A DNA stretch of 61,870 nt from a virus (taxonomy: Duplodnaviria > Caudoviricetes): positions 1-61,870 of the IMG/VR virus record IMGVR_UViG_3300018411_000001; one strand, given 5' to 3'. This document shows, piece by piece, positions 18,501 through 25,537 of this stretch. Within the stretch, counting starts at the first letter, position 1. Every line of letters starts with the position of its first letter. The notes under the pieces were generated by a model, which was not told the origin of the DNA, searched no databases, and saw nothing but the letters and a program-made list of their open reading frames with translations. The position numbers were made by a program, and so were the translations under genes.

Positions 18501-20213
18501 AGCCGCCTGGTTTGCAACACCGCGCATCAATGGGGTGCTCGAATCTGCATCCTGCATGGCGTAGTTCTGGCTCATCTGCTGGGTGGCGCTCTGGGGCACC
18601 TCCTCAAACAGACCTTCACCCAGTGCGCCGGTCAGCGCAGATTTGAGGCGACCACTCTTGCCCAGGATGATCTTGGCCAGGGCACGGTCACCCATACCGC
18701 CGAACATGCCGGTAGTGACACCAGCAAGCACGAAGGCTTTGGAGGATGCGCTATCCGCAAGCTCTTTGCGGGCTTCGTCAAAGGATCGGCCGCTATCCAT
18801 GAGGGAAGCCAGAGCTTCACTGTCTTTCAGCTGCTCGGGGGACATCTTGAGGATCTGCTCGCGGGTTTCGCGGGATGCCTGGGCGCCGCCCAGACCACCC
18901 TCAAGGATGCCACCGGCAAACATGGCAGTGCGTGCAGCAGTCTTGGCGGCGGCTTCACGGGTTGCACCCTTGGCCAGTGCACGCTTGTAGCCCATAGAGG
19001 CAAGGCGACCAGATCCGCCCATGGTGATCGCCATCTCCGGCAGGGATTCAAGGATCCCTGATGCGTAAGCGCGGGGATCTGACCAGGCAGGGCCAAAGCT
19101 GTAGCTGGTGGCCTTGGTGCCGTCGCCCTGATCGTCACCCGGCTCGATAACCCATGCCTTCTTGCGGGCCTGCAGCATCTCAGGGGAGAGGGATTTCTCG
19201 GTGTCCTTGTCCCACTCCTTGAAAATCTCCTCGCTACCCTTGCCATTCGCCCAGCGGTCGAAGCGGTCAGCCGCCTTGACGATGGGCTGGCCGATGTACG
19301 GGATCTTGCCCACCAGCTCCTGCACGTCCTTGGCTGCGGTGTTCACGCCAGAGGTGAGCAGAGTGCCGGCGTCCTTCACCGCATCAAGCGCCTTGTCGGC
19401 GATCCCCTTGGCCTCGGCCTGCGTTGCATTCGCATCGCTGTAGTCGAGAGTTGGCATTTCCGGGGTGTCAGCTGTGAGCTGCTGTTGCTGCTGTTGTGCG
19501 GGCTGCTGGTTCGGCTGTTGCTGCTGGAGCTGGGCAACCTCCTCCTGGGTCAGGGCGCGATAGCGATCCGGCTCGTCCTGGTTCAGCTGGGCAAGCATGG
19601 TGTCAATCTGGGTGCCGCGTTCTTTGAGCGCGCTCAGGTCTGGGCTGGTGACAGCTTGGGAAGTGGGAAGGCCCTCGGTGATAGGCTGCTGGCCCTGCGG
19701 CTGGGCGATGTTGCCGCCAGTGCCATCAAAGAAACGCTGCGCCTTGCCAAGAACCTCGATGCCGTAGGCGCGGGTCTTGGGGCCCCACTGCTTCCGATCG
19801 TCCCCGCCGAAGTGCGCAGAGATCGCCTCCTGCATGGAGTAGCCCTTATCCAGGCGGGTTTTCAGCTGCTTGGCTGCTGCATCGATAGACTGCACGGGAT
19901 CGTAAGGGTTGATGCCCATGGCCTGAGCGGTCGATGGGATGTACTGCATCAGGCCCTTTGCGCGGCCGTACTTGGTGGGCTGACCCACGGCGGTTGGGTT
20001 GAAACTCGACTCCTGCTGCGCCAGTGCCATGAGCACGTTGACCGGCACACCGTACTTGGTGGATGCGGCGCTAAAGTAGGGTTGGAACGGGACATTGCCC
20101 GGCTCGAATGTCTGCTGCGGCTTGCTCTCCTGCTTGAATGATTCAGGCAGGCCAAAGGTCGGAGCGTTCGCGAGCGCAGACTCAAGGGGCGACGGGAGTG
20201 AGTTTCTTGCCAC
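6585..20213 (-). CDS. Giant DarB-like polyvalent virion protein: SLT transglycosylase, N6-adenine MTase, SNF2 helicase, ART-like domain, HExxH domain, PLxRFG domain
   Basis: QESSFNP/GLMQ (SLT); EPSVGVG and NPPF (MTase); VGAGKT, DEAH, QREGR (SF2); PLVVYHGT; HEILHH; YFPLARFG. Confidence 0.93.
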   Translation of the reverse strand: MARNSLPSPLESALANAPTFGLPESFKQESKPQQTFEPGNVPFQPYFSAASTKYGVPVNVLMALAQQESSFNPTAVGQPTKYGRAKGLMQYIPSTAQAMGINPYDPVQSIDAAAKQLKTRLDKGYSMQEAISAHFGGDDRKQWGPKTRAYGIEVLGKAQRFFDGTGGNIAQPQGQQPITEGLPTSQAVTSPDLSALKERGTQIDTMLAQLNQDEPDRYRALTQEEVAQLQQQQPNQQPAQQQQQQLTADTPEMPTLDYSDANATQAEAKGIADKALDAVKDAGTLLTSGVNTAAKDVQELVGKIPYIGQPIVKAADRFDRWANGKGSEEIFKEWDKDTEKSLSPEMLQARKKAWVIEPGDDQGDGTKATSYSFGPAWSDPRAYASGILESLPEMAITMGGSGRLASMGYKRALAKGATREAAAKTAARTAMFAGGILEGGLGGAQASRETREQILKMSPEQLKDSEALASLMDSGRSFDEARKELADSASSKAFVLAGVTTGMFGGMGDRALAKIILGKSGRLKSALTGALGEGLFEEVPQSATQQMSQNYAMQDADSSTPLMRGVANQAAGGLAVGGIMGAGMGAAAPRAGQGPAADIPPAQEAAQVDPQQAAMEEAVAAAPTPSRDDTGLSDDAGPLERAARGTAQQPDAANGNFWAGEPGATIQMQAKGDPQSALVATVERYESDGGVTVRGEDGTPYTVSPDEVDITAAAAPQVTTDQQMQDAGTPEEVKAERAQVEEQQTQERQSAIEQALQEQGVDPNTGEILDSSPAQPAVKEEAPAQKSLEQMDEGELRDRMRYLARQAKTNGGWDKRLSDERRKVERVLDAQVQAAKAPVVEEQPAQQADTVLGADGKPKWFSTAEKAAAHIEKKGLTGYAPQEVQPGRFELRASTAEVPKPAAPKKAASNPRVNRVKKLVGEVGQTVSPSGEVGGLQPGARYTVDRIEKNGTTYLTNQETGETATVSMPDLEVGKSRRVEWSKVGAQPVAETATAEHAAQQGENKAGSKSPIKTDDPLADYWANSAGESVRNTPAKVIDLSGKPANQGGWREQATGALELVPDDHPMKKKWTANVKNGLKSESDRAGVMQAIVAAQSEPASTPEELNQTSVLPAQSVSGETVTAPVQAEASQQAEYGANNKLVSQDRAAELRQKLKAKFAQLNSGIDPEILAIGTELAVFHIEASARKFSDFAKAMAADLDMPLARLRPYLRSWYNGARDMMEDSNVSIDGMDSPEAVRAELAKLNKQPVEQPTPMVSTTERPSDELGPRPTSGLDAMVAEFDAEVERNGTATELGESSSPALAGAPAKPVRAAAEVREAGRSPAAGSAADGQGDGRTGAAGNDRARSLGDDTGELPVSARGAESAGRARAERGRPASRDGDAAGRSVLPAAGVISQDRPADLFTINAEEIGQGGDKTKYANNVAAIRVLKDLEETGRAVTAADQAALSKYVGWGGIPAAFERTDGTANKGWEKQVAELKSLLTPEEYAAAAASTRNAHYTSPEIVNGMWKALGRLGFTGGRVIEPSVGVGNFFGLMPQDARGSSALHGVELDRITSGIATALYPDAKIARMGYQEYAIPDGYFDVAVGNPPFGSEKLYDGNRKDLSGFSIHNYFFARSVDALRPGGVLAMVVTNRFLDGNSDKARQYIAERADLVAAIRLPNSAFAKNAGTEVTTDIIILQRRAPGQKPSGTSWMNSVDFTDKNGATVPLNEYFMANPDNMLGEFGAFGTMYRAGDSALVAREGQNTLQLLDAAINRLPAGIMQAAVTVKPETRETVQAENTRVGAMFISGDGRVMVRGEDVMGERTGEAVEFRSAKAEERVKGMLRLRDNLSRLRQLQLSNTASEAALEEARVRLNKTYDGFVKSNGPINSQANKLLFRDDPTWPQISALEDSYDRGVSAAVAKTTGEEARPQSAVKAAIFTKRTQQPYSAPTSANTAKDALVATLAERGRVDMDMMVQLYGKPEEQIAEELGDLLFSDPDAGWQTRDHYLSGNVKRKLARAEEAAKTSQAYGRNVEALRAVQPKDIEAVDINVKPGATWIPADTMSAFADHLTEKAGNKAFYNPLNANWSFPKLEATSSATARFGTSRMSVGQIIEAAAAQKAVQVYDESRDGTRTLNETETQLANDKVKAVKEEWDRWIWSDDARRSSLSRLYNDLFNTDVRREYDGSHLTFPGKISDDIIRLRPHQGNAVWRIVQGGSTLADHVVGAGKTFTLVAAAMELRRLGLSRKPMFVVPNHLVGEWSKDFIKLYPGANVLAATKRDFEKANRKRFFARIATGDWDAVIVAHSSFGKVGMKPETEAEFIREEIADLTSSIDAIEAAEGKKSRNVKQAAERRTKMEEKLKALLDTGNKDDSLYWDDLGIDALFLDEAHEFKNLAYSTGMRNVAGLGSSSGSQKSTDLYMKTRVVRKATGGRNVVFATGTPISNTMAEMYTMQRYLDYDNLKQSGLSHFDAWARMFGEVVTDWELSPSGQYKLNSRFAKFVNMPELMQRYTAFADVINRDDINRMLASQGKRLPVPKVKGGKPQNVVVERSQWQASYIGEPVKDAEGNDTDEFPSGSLVHRAENLPKKAEKGGDNMLKIMSDARKAALDMRLIDPDYPDNPDSKVNFAANNIKEDYDRWHDDKGAQLVFIDLSTPKGARADEAAHLRDLIERAESNDPAVADPAQAELDKMSPDDIDALKSAFSVYDDLKQKLVERGIPAEEIAFIHDAKTDLQKTDLFAKVRTGRVRVLFGSTAKMGAGMNVQERLVALHHLDAPWRPSDLEQREGRIIRQGNKLYDRDPEGFEVGIYRYATKQTLDSRMWQTIEGKATFIEQVRKGDTSTREIEDVAGEAANAAEMKAASSGNPLILEEMSLRQRIRTLENERTAHDRDQFRIRDRIGMEQGNVKIINRQLVSLRADDKLAQPAKFEVTIDGQTFDKRKDAGEAILQQTLQMEQTGEEMRQIGTYGGFKLTLEKLYAETYALEVSGTGTYSTKVEVGADPAGLSVRLTNSVRDLPAAIEKMEDALTKAQEAIPALQAQVKPWQKEEQLKEATARHGEVIEQLRPKKKTDEQAVAKPATDEAEPQLNDLTISTIEVDGKSRPTTNSNGKPIHPTEEGIRNFWRWFGDSKVVDERGRPLVVYHGTYKEFDAFDRKPAHRGQDGLDSIGSWFTSSKERAADYGEKVMPAYVRMITPNPYETFTELRLDWKESQPSRGAAAKAHKANPHWGDSSAYLDNMAGIDGLIIKQHGDKEWRDQTGYVVFDAVNIKSATGNSGSFDHYKPNIFNDLAMDTQYSRLPEGNRIQLAARLRKLEQQKEQLTPEQYSDQLGELASWLEERSRENAFQRATAERQRGADMVLERLHRARRRGEISEQAADIAIWALNRNPQLAEDLGFSISSKGGSSYDRAERIAKLMTEGMRDTAPIHEILHHTERMMPPGVQKGIAAEYNKAWANAYKKATPEQRAALDALRLSAFGNKAARDATMKAFESGLLDYDQHYQLTNASEYWAVNAASIMAARHGQQGWAARAKEWIRGFIQKARSVFGLPSTAAVIKGLDAVTKGDGSFLSTRMLATNPLADTPVRDLSGDYADMPTSPSGMDPAPEIPTDEQDRSRLRQWWDKAKNAPSDLTTDAMQKGLALIPFRPLVQEMARNLPAASEYLRLKQSMDAMRNRWHAKTDEVAQKWLEYRKDNKDENVEMMNLMHEATLLQVDPSEDHESIVTNRDREALRFASPGSDKEKELLKKISEDKQQQKAWENLNTRYERLSPQARQIFKEVRDAYTSLADGYEKVLLANMEKAINVRIKKAEREHRYELQRIEDEGLTGEERTEAMDDADHKLRVAKTKTAWNRKARMTQLRQQFELNRLQGPYFPLARFGNLFVTVRDAQTGKVESFSKFEKASEQREFADLMRKDKNYKVQVGTLDDTGSLRKAVDPNFVADVEDILADLPNAESVKDEVWQRYLESLPDFSVRKGRIHRTGRAGFNADALRAFGNQMFHGSHQLARLAHSFDMEEALDATREEANTSKDSVRDGLVVNEMEKRHQFIMNPTGGPLVQKITQAAFIYALAASPKAAIVNLTQTVIMGIPILAGYDGGANGVTRAANQLTRALGDFTMGKGKTENSKRLTADERKAMAEAYDIGIIDRTQSHDLAGIGETGVEYSPARTKIMALLAWGFHHTERLNREVTFLAAYRMARAKGLPHVGAVQKAGDLTWKTHFDYQNTSRPRIMHSDTMKALLVFRNFSINMLYRLFRDIHQATQGDTPEVRKEAKIQLAGITGMMMLSAGITGTWGFGIMLMIASAFMDDDKDPEVELKKNMVEALGPMMAGIVLDGVPGYATGTSLTDSIGMRDLWFRSPSSQLEGKDEADYWKAQLLGAAPSIADNIVRGYGLLKEGQVYRGIETMMPKAIKDPMKAFRYSTEGATNKRGDVIVEDIDTLDIIRQALGFVPAKIAEQYDINNAGYNLQQTIVRKRQALMDSWWKAEEAGDEAKLDSLEADIDAYNDKYPEQEITPKTLRRSAKTREDNAENATGGMRYNRKLRDRILEEQAPTIYR
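16031..16348 (-). CDS. TnpV-like protein nested in an alternative frame of the giant gene
   Basis: SD GAGGT 8 nt before the ATG; WQEHRPSLYAQLQKSGKL resembles TnpV; the host frame is a low-complexity linker here. Confidence 0.75.
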   Translation of the reverse strand: MAQLQNWVSQARLHWQEHRPSLYAQLQKSGKLDAALQQAAQQTAREMDELEQQGMTEHEAWEMTRESYLFPPEEQSQQEGPEQSGAALQAVMGMPLEDPYYPQPE

Positions 20214-20222
20214 GTTATGTCC

Positions 20223-21374
20223 TTATCGGTAAATGATTTGACCGCTCTTGGTGTCCAGGAATGGCACCCCGCCTTGCTGTGGCTGGGTGTCGGCTTGGGG
20301 AATACCTACGCCCTGCTCGCCACTGGTCTGACGGTCTACTGCTGAAATGTAGCTCTGCGCTTCCTTGATCTGTTCATCCAGGGAGAGCTTGCCAAACTTG
20401 CGGTCGCTGTCTGTGCGCATCTTGATGTAGTCATCTATGCGGGAAGAGACCGGGCGACTACGGTTCTCGATGCCGAGTATACCCGCCATGTTCGATTTAA
20501 TGTACTCGTCGCTGGCGCCATTTTCTTTCAGGAACGAGATGGTTGCCTTGGCGTCGGTGATCTTCCGATTTCCGGTACCGGTGCGAGCCTTCTCCGCTTC
20601 CTCCGCCCTGCGCAGCTCGCTGGCGTTGGCCTGACCCTCCAGCTTGTAGCCTTGGTCAATCTCTTTGGTGGTCAGCGTGCGCTCCCAATCCCGCTTTTCC
20701 TTCGCGGCATCTGCTTGGGCCTTCTCTCCTGCCTGCAGCTGCTCCATGCCGAACTTGAACACCTGATCGGGTGAGGCGAACTGCTGGGCCAGCTTGTAGA
20801 CCTCATCCATGCTGTTGAAGGTGTGCGTGGTTTCCTTGCCGGTCTTGTCGTTGCGCAGAGTGATATCCATCCCGGCAGCGTTGCCCTTGTCGTCGCGGCG
20901 GATCTGCGCATTGACTGCGCTCTGGCCGTCCTCGAAGTACCCGGGCTGATTATAGAGCTTCACCATGTTGTTCATGACGCCATCAGCATCACCCAGTTGG
21001 GCAGAGCGCATCATGCCGGCGCCGTACTTCATGCCCTGCTGCACGTTGGTGTCCTGGATCCACTTGCCAAAGGCGTTGGCCTTGTCCACCTCGCCATTTG
21101 CCAGCCAGTGCTGTTGCAGCTTGGGGGCGGTGTTGGTCATGTAGTAGTTCATGACGCTCTCGGTCTGGCCGTCAGTGTTCGCGGTGGCATCCTTGACACC
21201 CTGCATGGACAAGTCTTTGGCACCCTGTGTTGCGGACTGCTGGTCCTCCAGGTTCTTGATCTGCATGTCGGTCAGCTTCTCTTGCTGCTGCCCGCGCTTG
21301 ATGCCCTGTGCGGCACCAGCGCCCTGCGTGAATCCTGACATGAACGAGCCGAGGCCAATGCCGAAGTTACTCAT
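20223..21374 (-). CDS. Internal virion/ejection protein
   Basis: Gly-rich amphipathic N-terminus, helical; directly precedes the giant gene. Confidence 0.7.
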   Translation of the reverse strand: MSNFGIGLGSFMSGFTQGAGAAQGIKRGQQQEKLTDMQIKNLEDQQSATQGAKDLSMQGVKDATANTDGQTESVMNYYMTNTAPKLQQHWLANGEVDKANAFGKWIQDTNVQQGMKYGAGMMRSAQLGDADGVMNNMVKLYNQPGYFEDGQSAVNAQIRRDDKGNAAGMDITLRNDKTGKETTHTFNSMDEVYKLAQQFASPDQVFKFGMEQLQAGEKAQADAAKEKRDWERTLTTKEIDQGYKLEGQANASELRRAEEAEKARTGTGNRKITDAKATISFLKENGASDEYIKSNMAGILGIENRSRPVSSRIDDYIKMRTDSDRKFGKLSLDEQIKEAQSYISAVDRQTSGEQGVGIPQADTQPQQGGVPFLDTKSGQIIYR

Positions 21375-21386
21375 GATGTGAACCCC

Positions 21387-22121
21387 TTAGAATATTTTCT
21401 TGATGCCGCTGAGGACCGTCTTTGCGGTGCCCCCATCGGCCAGTTTTTTGAACCCGTCTTTGAAGTCGAGGGACAGAAACTCAGCACCAGCCCCCGCATC
21501 ATGCAGCAGGCCGGTCTTGTCGTTCTCATAGCCACCAAGCTTTGGCACCCAGCGCTCATTTACGTCCTGTGATAGAACCTTGCCGCTGGCCAAGTCCTTG
21601 GCGTAGTCAGCCCCATCACGGCGGTGGCCACCATTGCGCGCCGACTTCTCGTTGACGGCAATGATCGCGGCCAGGGCAGCCCATGGCCCAGCAGCAGCGA
21701 CACCACTACCGGCAGCGCTACCGCCGCCAGATGTGCCCGCAGCGGCACCTCCACCAGCCGCCCCACCGGATCCACTGCCAAAAGCCTGCATGGCGCCCAT
21801 AGCCATAGAGGGGTCCATTCCGCCAGCGCCTTGTTGCGTTGGCTGCTGCTGCTCCAAGCTTGCCCGCATAGCCTCTGTCTGGCGCTGCCGTTCCTCCTCA
21901 TCCCGTAACCGCTGCTCCTGCTGGGCATCGGTTACCGCCTGGTCTGGCTGAAAACCAAGAACGTCATGGGTGTCCGCATAGTGCTGAACACCAGTGCCGA
22001 CGTTGCGATCCTCTTCTTTCTTGGGGGCTGGCATGTCCTTCTTGAGCTGCTTGCCCATCATGTAGCCCGCTGACATTCCATCAGCGAACGCTCCGAACCC
22101 TGCGCCGATTCCTGCCATCAT
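21387..22121 (-). CDS. Internal virion/ejection protein
   Basis: Gly/Ala-rich; N-terminus similar to the next gene (GxGFGAF.xG). Confidence 0.65.
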   Translation of the reverse strand: MMAGIGAGFGAFADGMSAGYMMGKQLKKDMPAPKKEEDRNVGTGVQHYADTHDVLGFQPDQAVTDAQQEQRLRDEEERQRQTEAMRASLEQQQPTQQGAGGMDPSMAMGAMQAFGSGSGGAAGGGAAAGTSGGGSAAGSGVAAAGPWAALAAIIAVNEKSARNGGHRRDGADYAKDLASGKVLSQDVNERWVPKLGGYENDKTGLLHDAGAGAEFLSLDFKDGFKKLADGGTAKTVLSGIKKIF

Positions 22122-22861
22122 TCACCCCCGCACTCGATGTTGAACTGGGCGATCAGCAGAGAGGTATTGTCACGGATGATGTCCAGGCGCCGCTGGTACT
22201 CGTCATGCGCCTCGGGATAGCAGGCCTTGAGGAACGGGGCACGGTTGTCGCTCCACCAGCCGGAGCAGGTCATGCAATCTGGCTGGCTCTTTACGTAGTC
22301 GTAGCAGCGGTTGCGAGGGGCGCCGACTTGCTCAAGCCAGCCGTTCACGTCCTCATCTGTCCAGCTCTCAATGGGGAACAGGTACTGAATACCAAGCTCC
22401 CAGCCCTCAGACTTGACCGGCGCCTTGTGGCTGTCGTCTTCACGCTGGCCACGGATAATTAGGGTGATGCCGTCAGCCAGCATGCGCTCGTGCATTGGCT
22501 GCATGATCACCCGCCCACAGCAGGAGTAGGAATCCTGCATGCGGATCTCAGCCTGACCACACATCAAGCCAATGGGGGTACAGCTGCGGGGGAGGATGTC
22601 CGTGGGGATCCCGAACTGGGCGATGACCTCCGGCTGGTTGCCGGCGATCTCGGTGAAGTAAGGCGACATCTCGCGCACCTGCTCCATGATGGCCCGCGTT
22701 TCGGGGAAAGCGGCACCGGTGTTGACCCAGTACACCATCACCTTGTCGAGCAGGCCCGCATCCTTGAGCAGGTACCAGCAAGCGAGCGAGTCACGCCCAC
22801 CAGACACCTGCAACCCAATGCGCTCGTGCGCACCCATGATCCTCATCAGTTGTTCTTTCAT
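22118..22861 (-). CDS. Second PAPS-reductase-like (PP-loop) protein
   Basis: SGGRDS, VNTG..FPET, SCC, IRGQR, PDCMTC; TGATG coupling to the upstream gene. Confidence 0.85.
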   Translation of the reverse strand: MKEQLMRIMGAHERIGLQVSGGRDSLACWYLLKDAGLLDKVMVYWVNTGAAFPETRAIMEQVREMSPYFTEIAGNQPEVIAQFGIPTDILPRSCTPIGLMCGQAEIRMQDSYSCCGRVIMQPMHERMLADGITLIIRGQREDDSHKAPVKSEGWELGIQYLFPIESWTDEDVNGWLEQVGAPRNRCYDYVKSQPDCMTCSGWWSDNRAPFLKACYPEAHDEYQRRLDIIRDNTSLLIAQFNIECGGE

Positions 22862-23844
22862 CAGAATGCCACCATCGCCATACCCGCCATTGAACCGATC
22901 CCCGACATCAAGCCGCCGGAGTTTGCTGCAGAGGCCTGCTGTTGCGATTGCCACGCACTCAGTTGCCCCTGGTACTGTTGATTGAGAATGCCGGCCTGGC
23001 TGTTGTAGCCATTCATTGCGCCCTGATAGCCCTGGCCCACGATGGCGGTATTGCCGGCCGACTGCTGGTTGTTCGCCGCAGTGGTGCCATAGGCTGCGCT
23101 ACCAGAGTTCACGCCAAGCCCGAGGCTGGTGGCCGGGTTAACAGCCATGCCCTTGCCCATGTTGATGGCGTTAGCCTTCATATCGACTGCCTGACCGCGC
23201 ACAGTGTTGCGGGCGGTGTTCTCTGCCCCTGCCGCTGACAGTGCGGTAGCCGTCTCCTGCGCCCGGTCTACGCCGGCATAGCGGCCACTGGTCGGTGACA
23301 CGCCCATACCTGCCATCTGGCGCTGGGTTGCCCCGCGCTGCTGGGCAGCATTGGTGAGGACGTCGGCCTTGGCTTCGCCAGCGACAGTTTTTTGACGCTC
23401 GACGCTATCCCAGTTGTTGGCCTTGTCGATGAAGTCGTTTTCGAGGGGGACATAGGTGTTTTGATACCGATCCCGGTCCTCAGTGGCCCAGCCCTGCGCT
23501 TGCTTGCTGGCGTCCAGCTGGTTCTTAGTGACTTCGGCAGCGAGCTTGTCCTGCTCCTTCTGGCGCTCGTTCGCGACCCCGAACTGCTCCTGGCTGAACT
23601 TCAACCATTCCTCGCCCAGCTGCGCCTCTTTCAGCGCGGCCTGACCAATAGCTGGATCTGGGCTTGGGGCACTGCCGCCCCCCTTCTTGAACATCAGCAG
23701 GCTTGCCCATGCTGGCTCTTCGTCACTCTTCTTTTGCTCGGGGGGATCGGTCACCCAGGCCAGCGCGTGCTCAAGCCAGTCATTGCGACCGAACATCGTG
23801 ATAAGGACGAGCATAGCGAGGATCAGCTCGAATTGAATTTGCAT
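22861..23844 (-). CDS. Virion ejection (pilot-like) protein
   Basis: KKGGGSAP motif, Gln/Ala-rich coils, Gly-rich hydrophobic C-terminus. Confidence 0.7.
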   Translation of the reverse strand: MQIQFELILAMLVLITMFGRNDWLEHALAWVTDPPEQKKSDEEPAWASLLMFKKGGGSAPSPDPAIGQAALKEAQLGEEWLKFSQEQFGVANERQKEQDKLAAEVTKNQLDASKQAQGWATEDRDRYQNTYVPLENDFIDKANNWDSVERQKTVAGEAKADVLTNAAQQRGATQRQMAGMGVSPTSGRYAGVDRAQETATALSAAGAENTARNTVRGQAVDMKANAINMGKGMAVNPATSLGLGVNSGSAAYGTTAANNQQSAGNTAIVGQGYQGAMNGYNSQAGILNQQYQGQLSAWQSQQQASAANSGGLMSGIGSMAGMAMVAF

Positions 23845-23848
23845 AGGT

Positions 23849-24274
23849 CTATCTCCGGTAGTGAGATTGGATCCACCGGCAGTCCTCGCGCAGCATACCC
23901 AGTACAATTATGTCGTCGTCAGGAAGGGCGTGACGGATCAGGCCTTCCCGCTTAAAGCCCAGGTGCAGGTCAAACCGCAGGGCAGCTTCATTCTTTGAGG
24001 GGACTAGGCCGGTTACCCGGCGCATGTTCCATTGCTCGAACGGATGACTGAAAGAGGCCTTCAAGAATGCGCGGCGCAGCCAGTTGCCGGTGCCGTCGCT
24101 GGCGATGTGCATGTTGCAGTCACACTCAGAGAAGCCATCATAGATGGTGACCGCCCTGAGAATGCCGTGCTCCTGCCAACCGATGGCTTTGGCATCCGGC
24201 CGGGGGTTGAAGTGGATCACCTGTGATGCCCACTCCAGCAGCCGCTCATCCTCGCCATAAATGAAACCGTTCAC
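23849..24274 (-). CDS. GNAT-family acyltransferase
   Basis: RRVTGLV..N..ALRF..HLGFKREG..R motif; the GTG start is inferred. Confidence 0.85.
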   Translation of the reverse strand: MNGFIYGEDERLLEWASQVIHFNPRPDAKAIGWQEHGILRAVTIYDGFSECDCNMHIASDGTGNWLRRAFLKASFSHPFEQWNMRRVTGLVPSKNEAALRFDLHLGFKREGLIRHALPDDDIIVLGMLREDCRWIQSHYRR

Positions 24275-24340
24275 ATTCCGCCCGCCGTGTTGTCGTTTCA
24301 GCATCATCATAGATAAAACGACAACGATTAAACAGGCGGC

Positions 24341-25537
24341 TTAGGCAGACAGCCGGGTTATTTTCAGTACGGCACTGGCGACCTGATAATCAGCAGCCCC
24401 CTGATTCAAGATGTATGGCACCCGCTGCGCCCCTGCCGCCAGCCTCTCTGTGCATTCAAGGCGAATGATTGTTGTGACCGCCACAACGCCGGCAGCACTG
24501 TAACCAGCCCGCAAAGATGTAGGTACAGTTGTTCCATCCACGCTGACTGCCAGCGGCGTGCCGACTACCGGTTGCCCAGCCACACCTCCGTCTGCCCTTA
24601 CCTCCAACTCAAACTGGTACAGGCCAGCTTGAGGCACGGTGAACGTCGAATCGCCAACCTTGGCCATGCCACCACTCAGCTCGGAGCTGGTGTAAAGCGG
24701 GATGGCCGTGTAAGCGGCAGCGGGGAAAGGGGTTGCGCCAGGGTTTGACTGCAAAGCGAATGGCTCTGCCCGCAAGGAAACGATATCTTGCCAGGCTCCC
24801 CACACTCCCCCGGTTCTGAACCTCACGAATACCTGGCTGCCGCTGTTGACGATCCCAACTTGCGTCAAGTCGTTCGAGCTGGAGGCTATGGTGAAGCCGC
24901 GGCCATAGCTACCAGTAACAGGAGTGTTGGTCGAGGTGCTAGACCACTGAAACTCTTTGTTCCTGACCGCAGTATTGAGGTCGGCCGTTACCGTGAGAGA
25001 TGGCAGCCCAATCTCCAGGTCGTTAACGTCCAGCTCCAGCTGTGTGATGTCAGACTCTGCAGCACCAACCCTGGAGGTGAGCGCGTCAAGGTCGGTCTGC
25101 AGGTGAGCAATATCAGCAGTAACGCTGGTTACATTGCCCTGCAGCGCCAGGACGTCAGCCTGCAGGTGGGACACGTTAACTTGCAGAGTTGATATGTCGC
25201 CATCAATCGACCCTAGACGACCCTCAATATCAGTGATCATGGACTCCAGCAGGGTCAGCGCATCCTCGGCGCCGTCAATGCGGTCCTCGATGCTTGCCAT
25301 CTGGCTTTCAAGCGCACCTACTGAGCTGTTCAGACTGTCGATATCAGCCTTGACTGTTGTCAGGGCCTTTCTCAGGTCCTCAAGCGATTTCTTGGTGTCG
25401 GTGATAACCTTCTGCACATCTGCCAGCTCACCCCGCCGCAAGGCGTGTTCGCGTGGATTGCCGCGAGATCCCCACAGGACCTCCAGCTTTTCGGTGGCCA
25501 GCACGCCACCAGCGCCACCTCTTCCGGCAAGCCCCAT
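24341..25537 (-). CDS. Coiled-coil tail needle/fibre with knob and C1q-like C-terminus
   Basis: Long heptad repeats; VFVRFRTGGVWGAWQ knob-like motif; FTVPQAGLYQF. Confidence 0.75.
   Translation of the reverse strand: MGLAGRGGAGGVLATEKLEVLWGSRGNPREHALRRGELADVQKVITDTKKSLEDLRKALTTVKADIDSLNSSVGALESQMASIEDRIDGAEDALTLLESMITDIEGRLGSIDGDISTLQVNVSHLQADVLALQGNVTSVTADIAHLQTDLDALTSRVGAAESDITQLELDVNDLEIGLPSLTVTADLNTAVRNKEFQWSSTSTNTPVTGSYGRGFTIASSSNDLTQVGIVNSGSQVFVRFRTGGVWGAWQDIVSLRAEPFALQSNPGATPFPAAAYTAIPLYTSSELSGGMAKVGDSTFTVPQAGLYQFELEVRADGGVAGQPVVGTPLAVSVDGTTVPTSLRAGYSAAGVVAVTTIIRLECTERLAAGAQRVPYILNQGAADYQVASAVLKITRLSA

Noticed and set aside
22201-22210. Partial GCGCATGACG copy about 80 nt upstream of the 22121 start; also an antisense copy near 57590
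   Set aside because: Inside coding sequence; the first lacks the closing stem and the second is on the non-transcribed strand
24980-25420. Apparent periodic DNA repeats as a CRISPR array or DGR
   Set aside because: Explained by coiled-coil heptads; no repeat-spacer array or reverse transcriptase seen anywhere in the window
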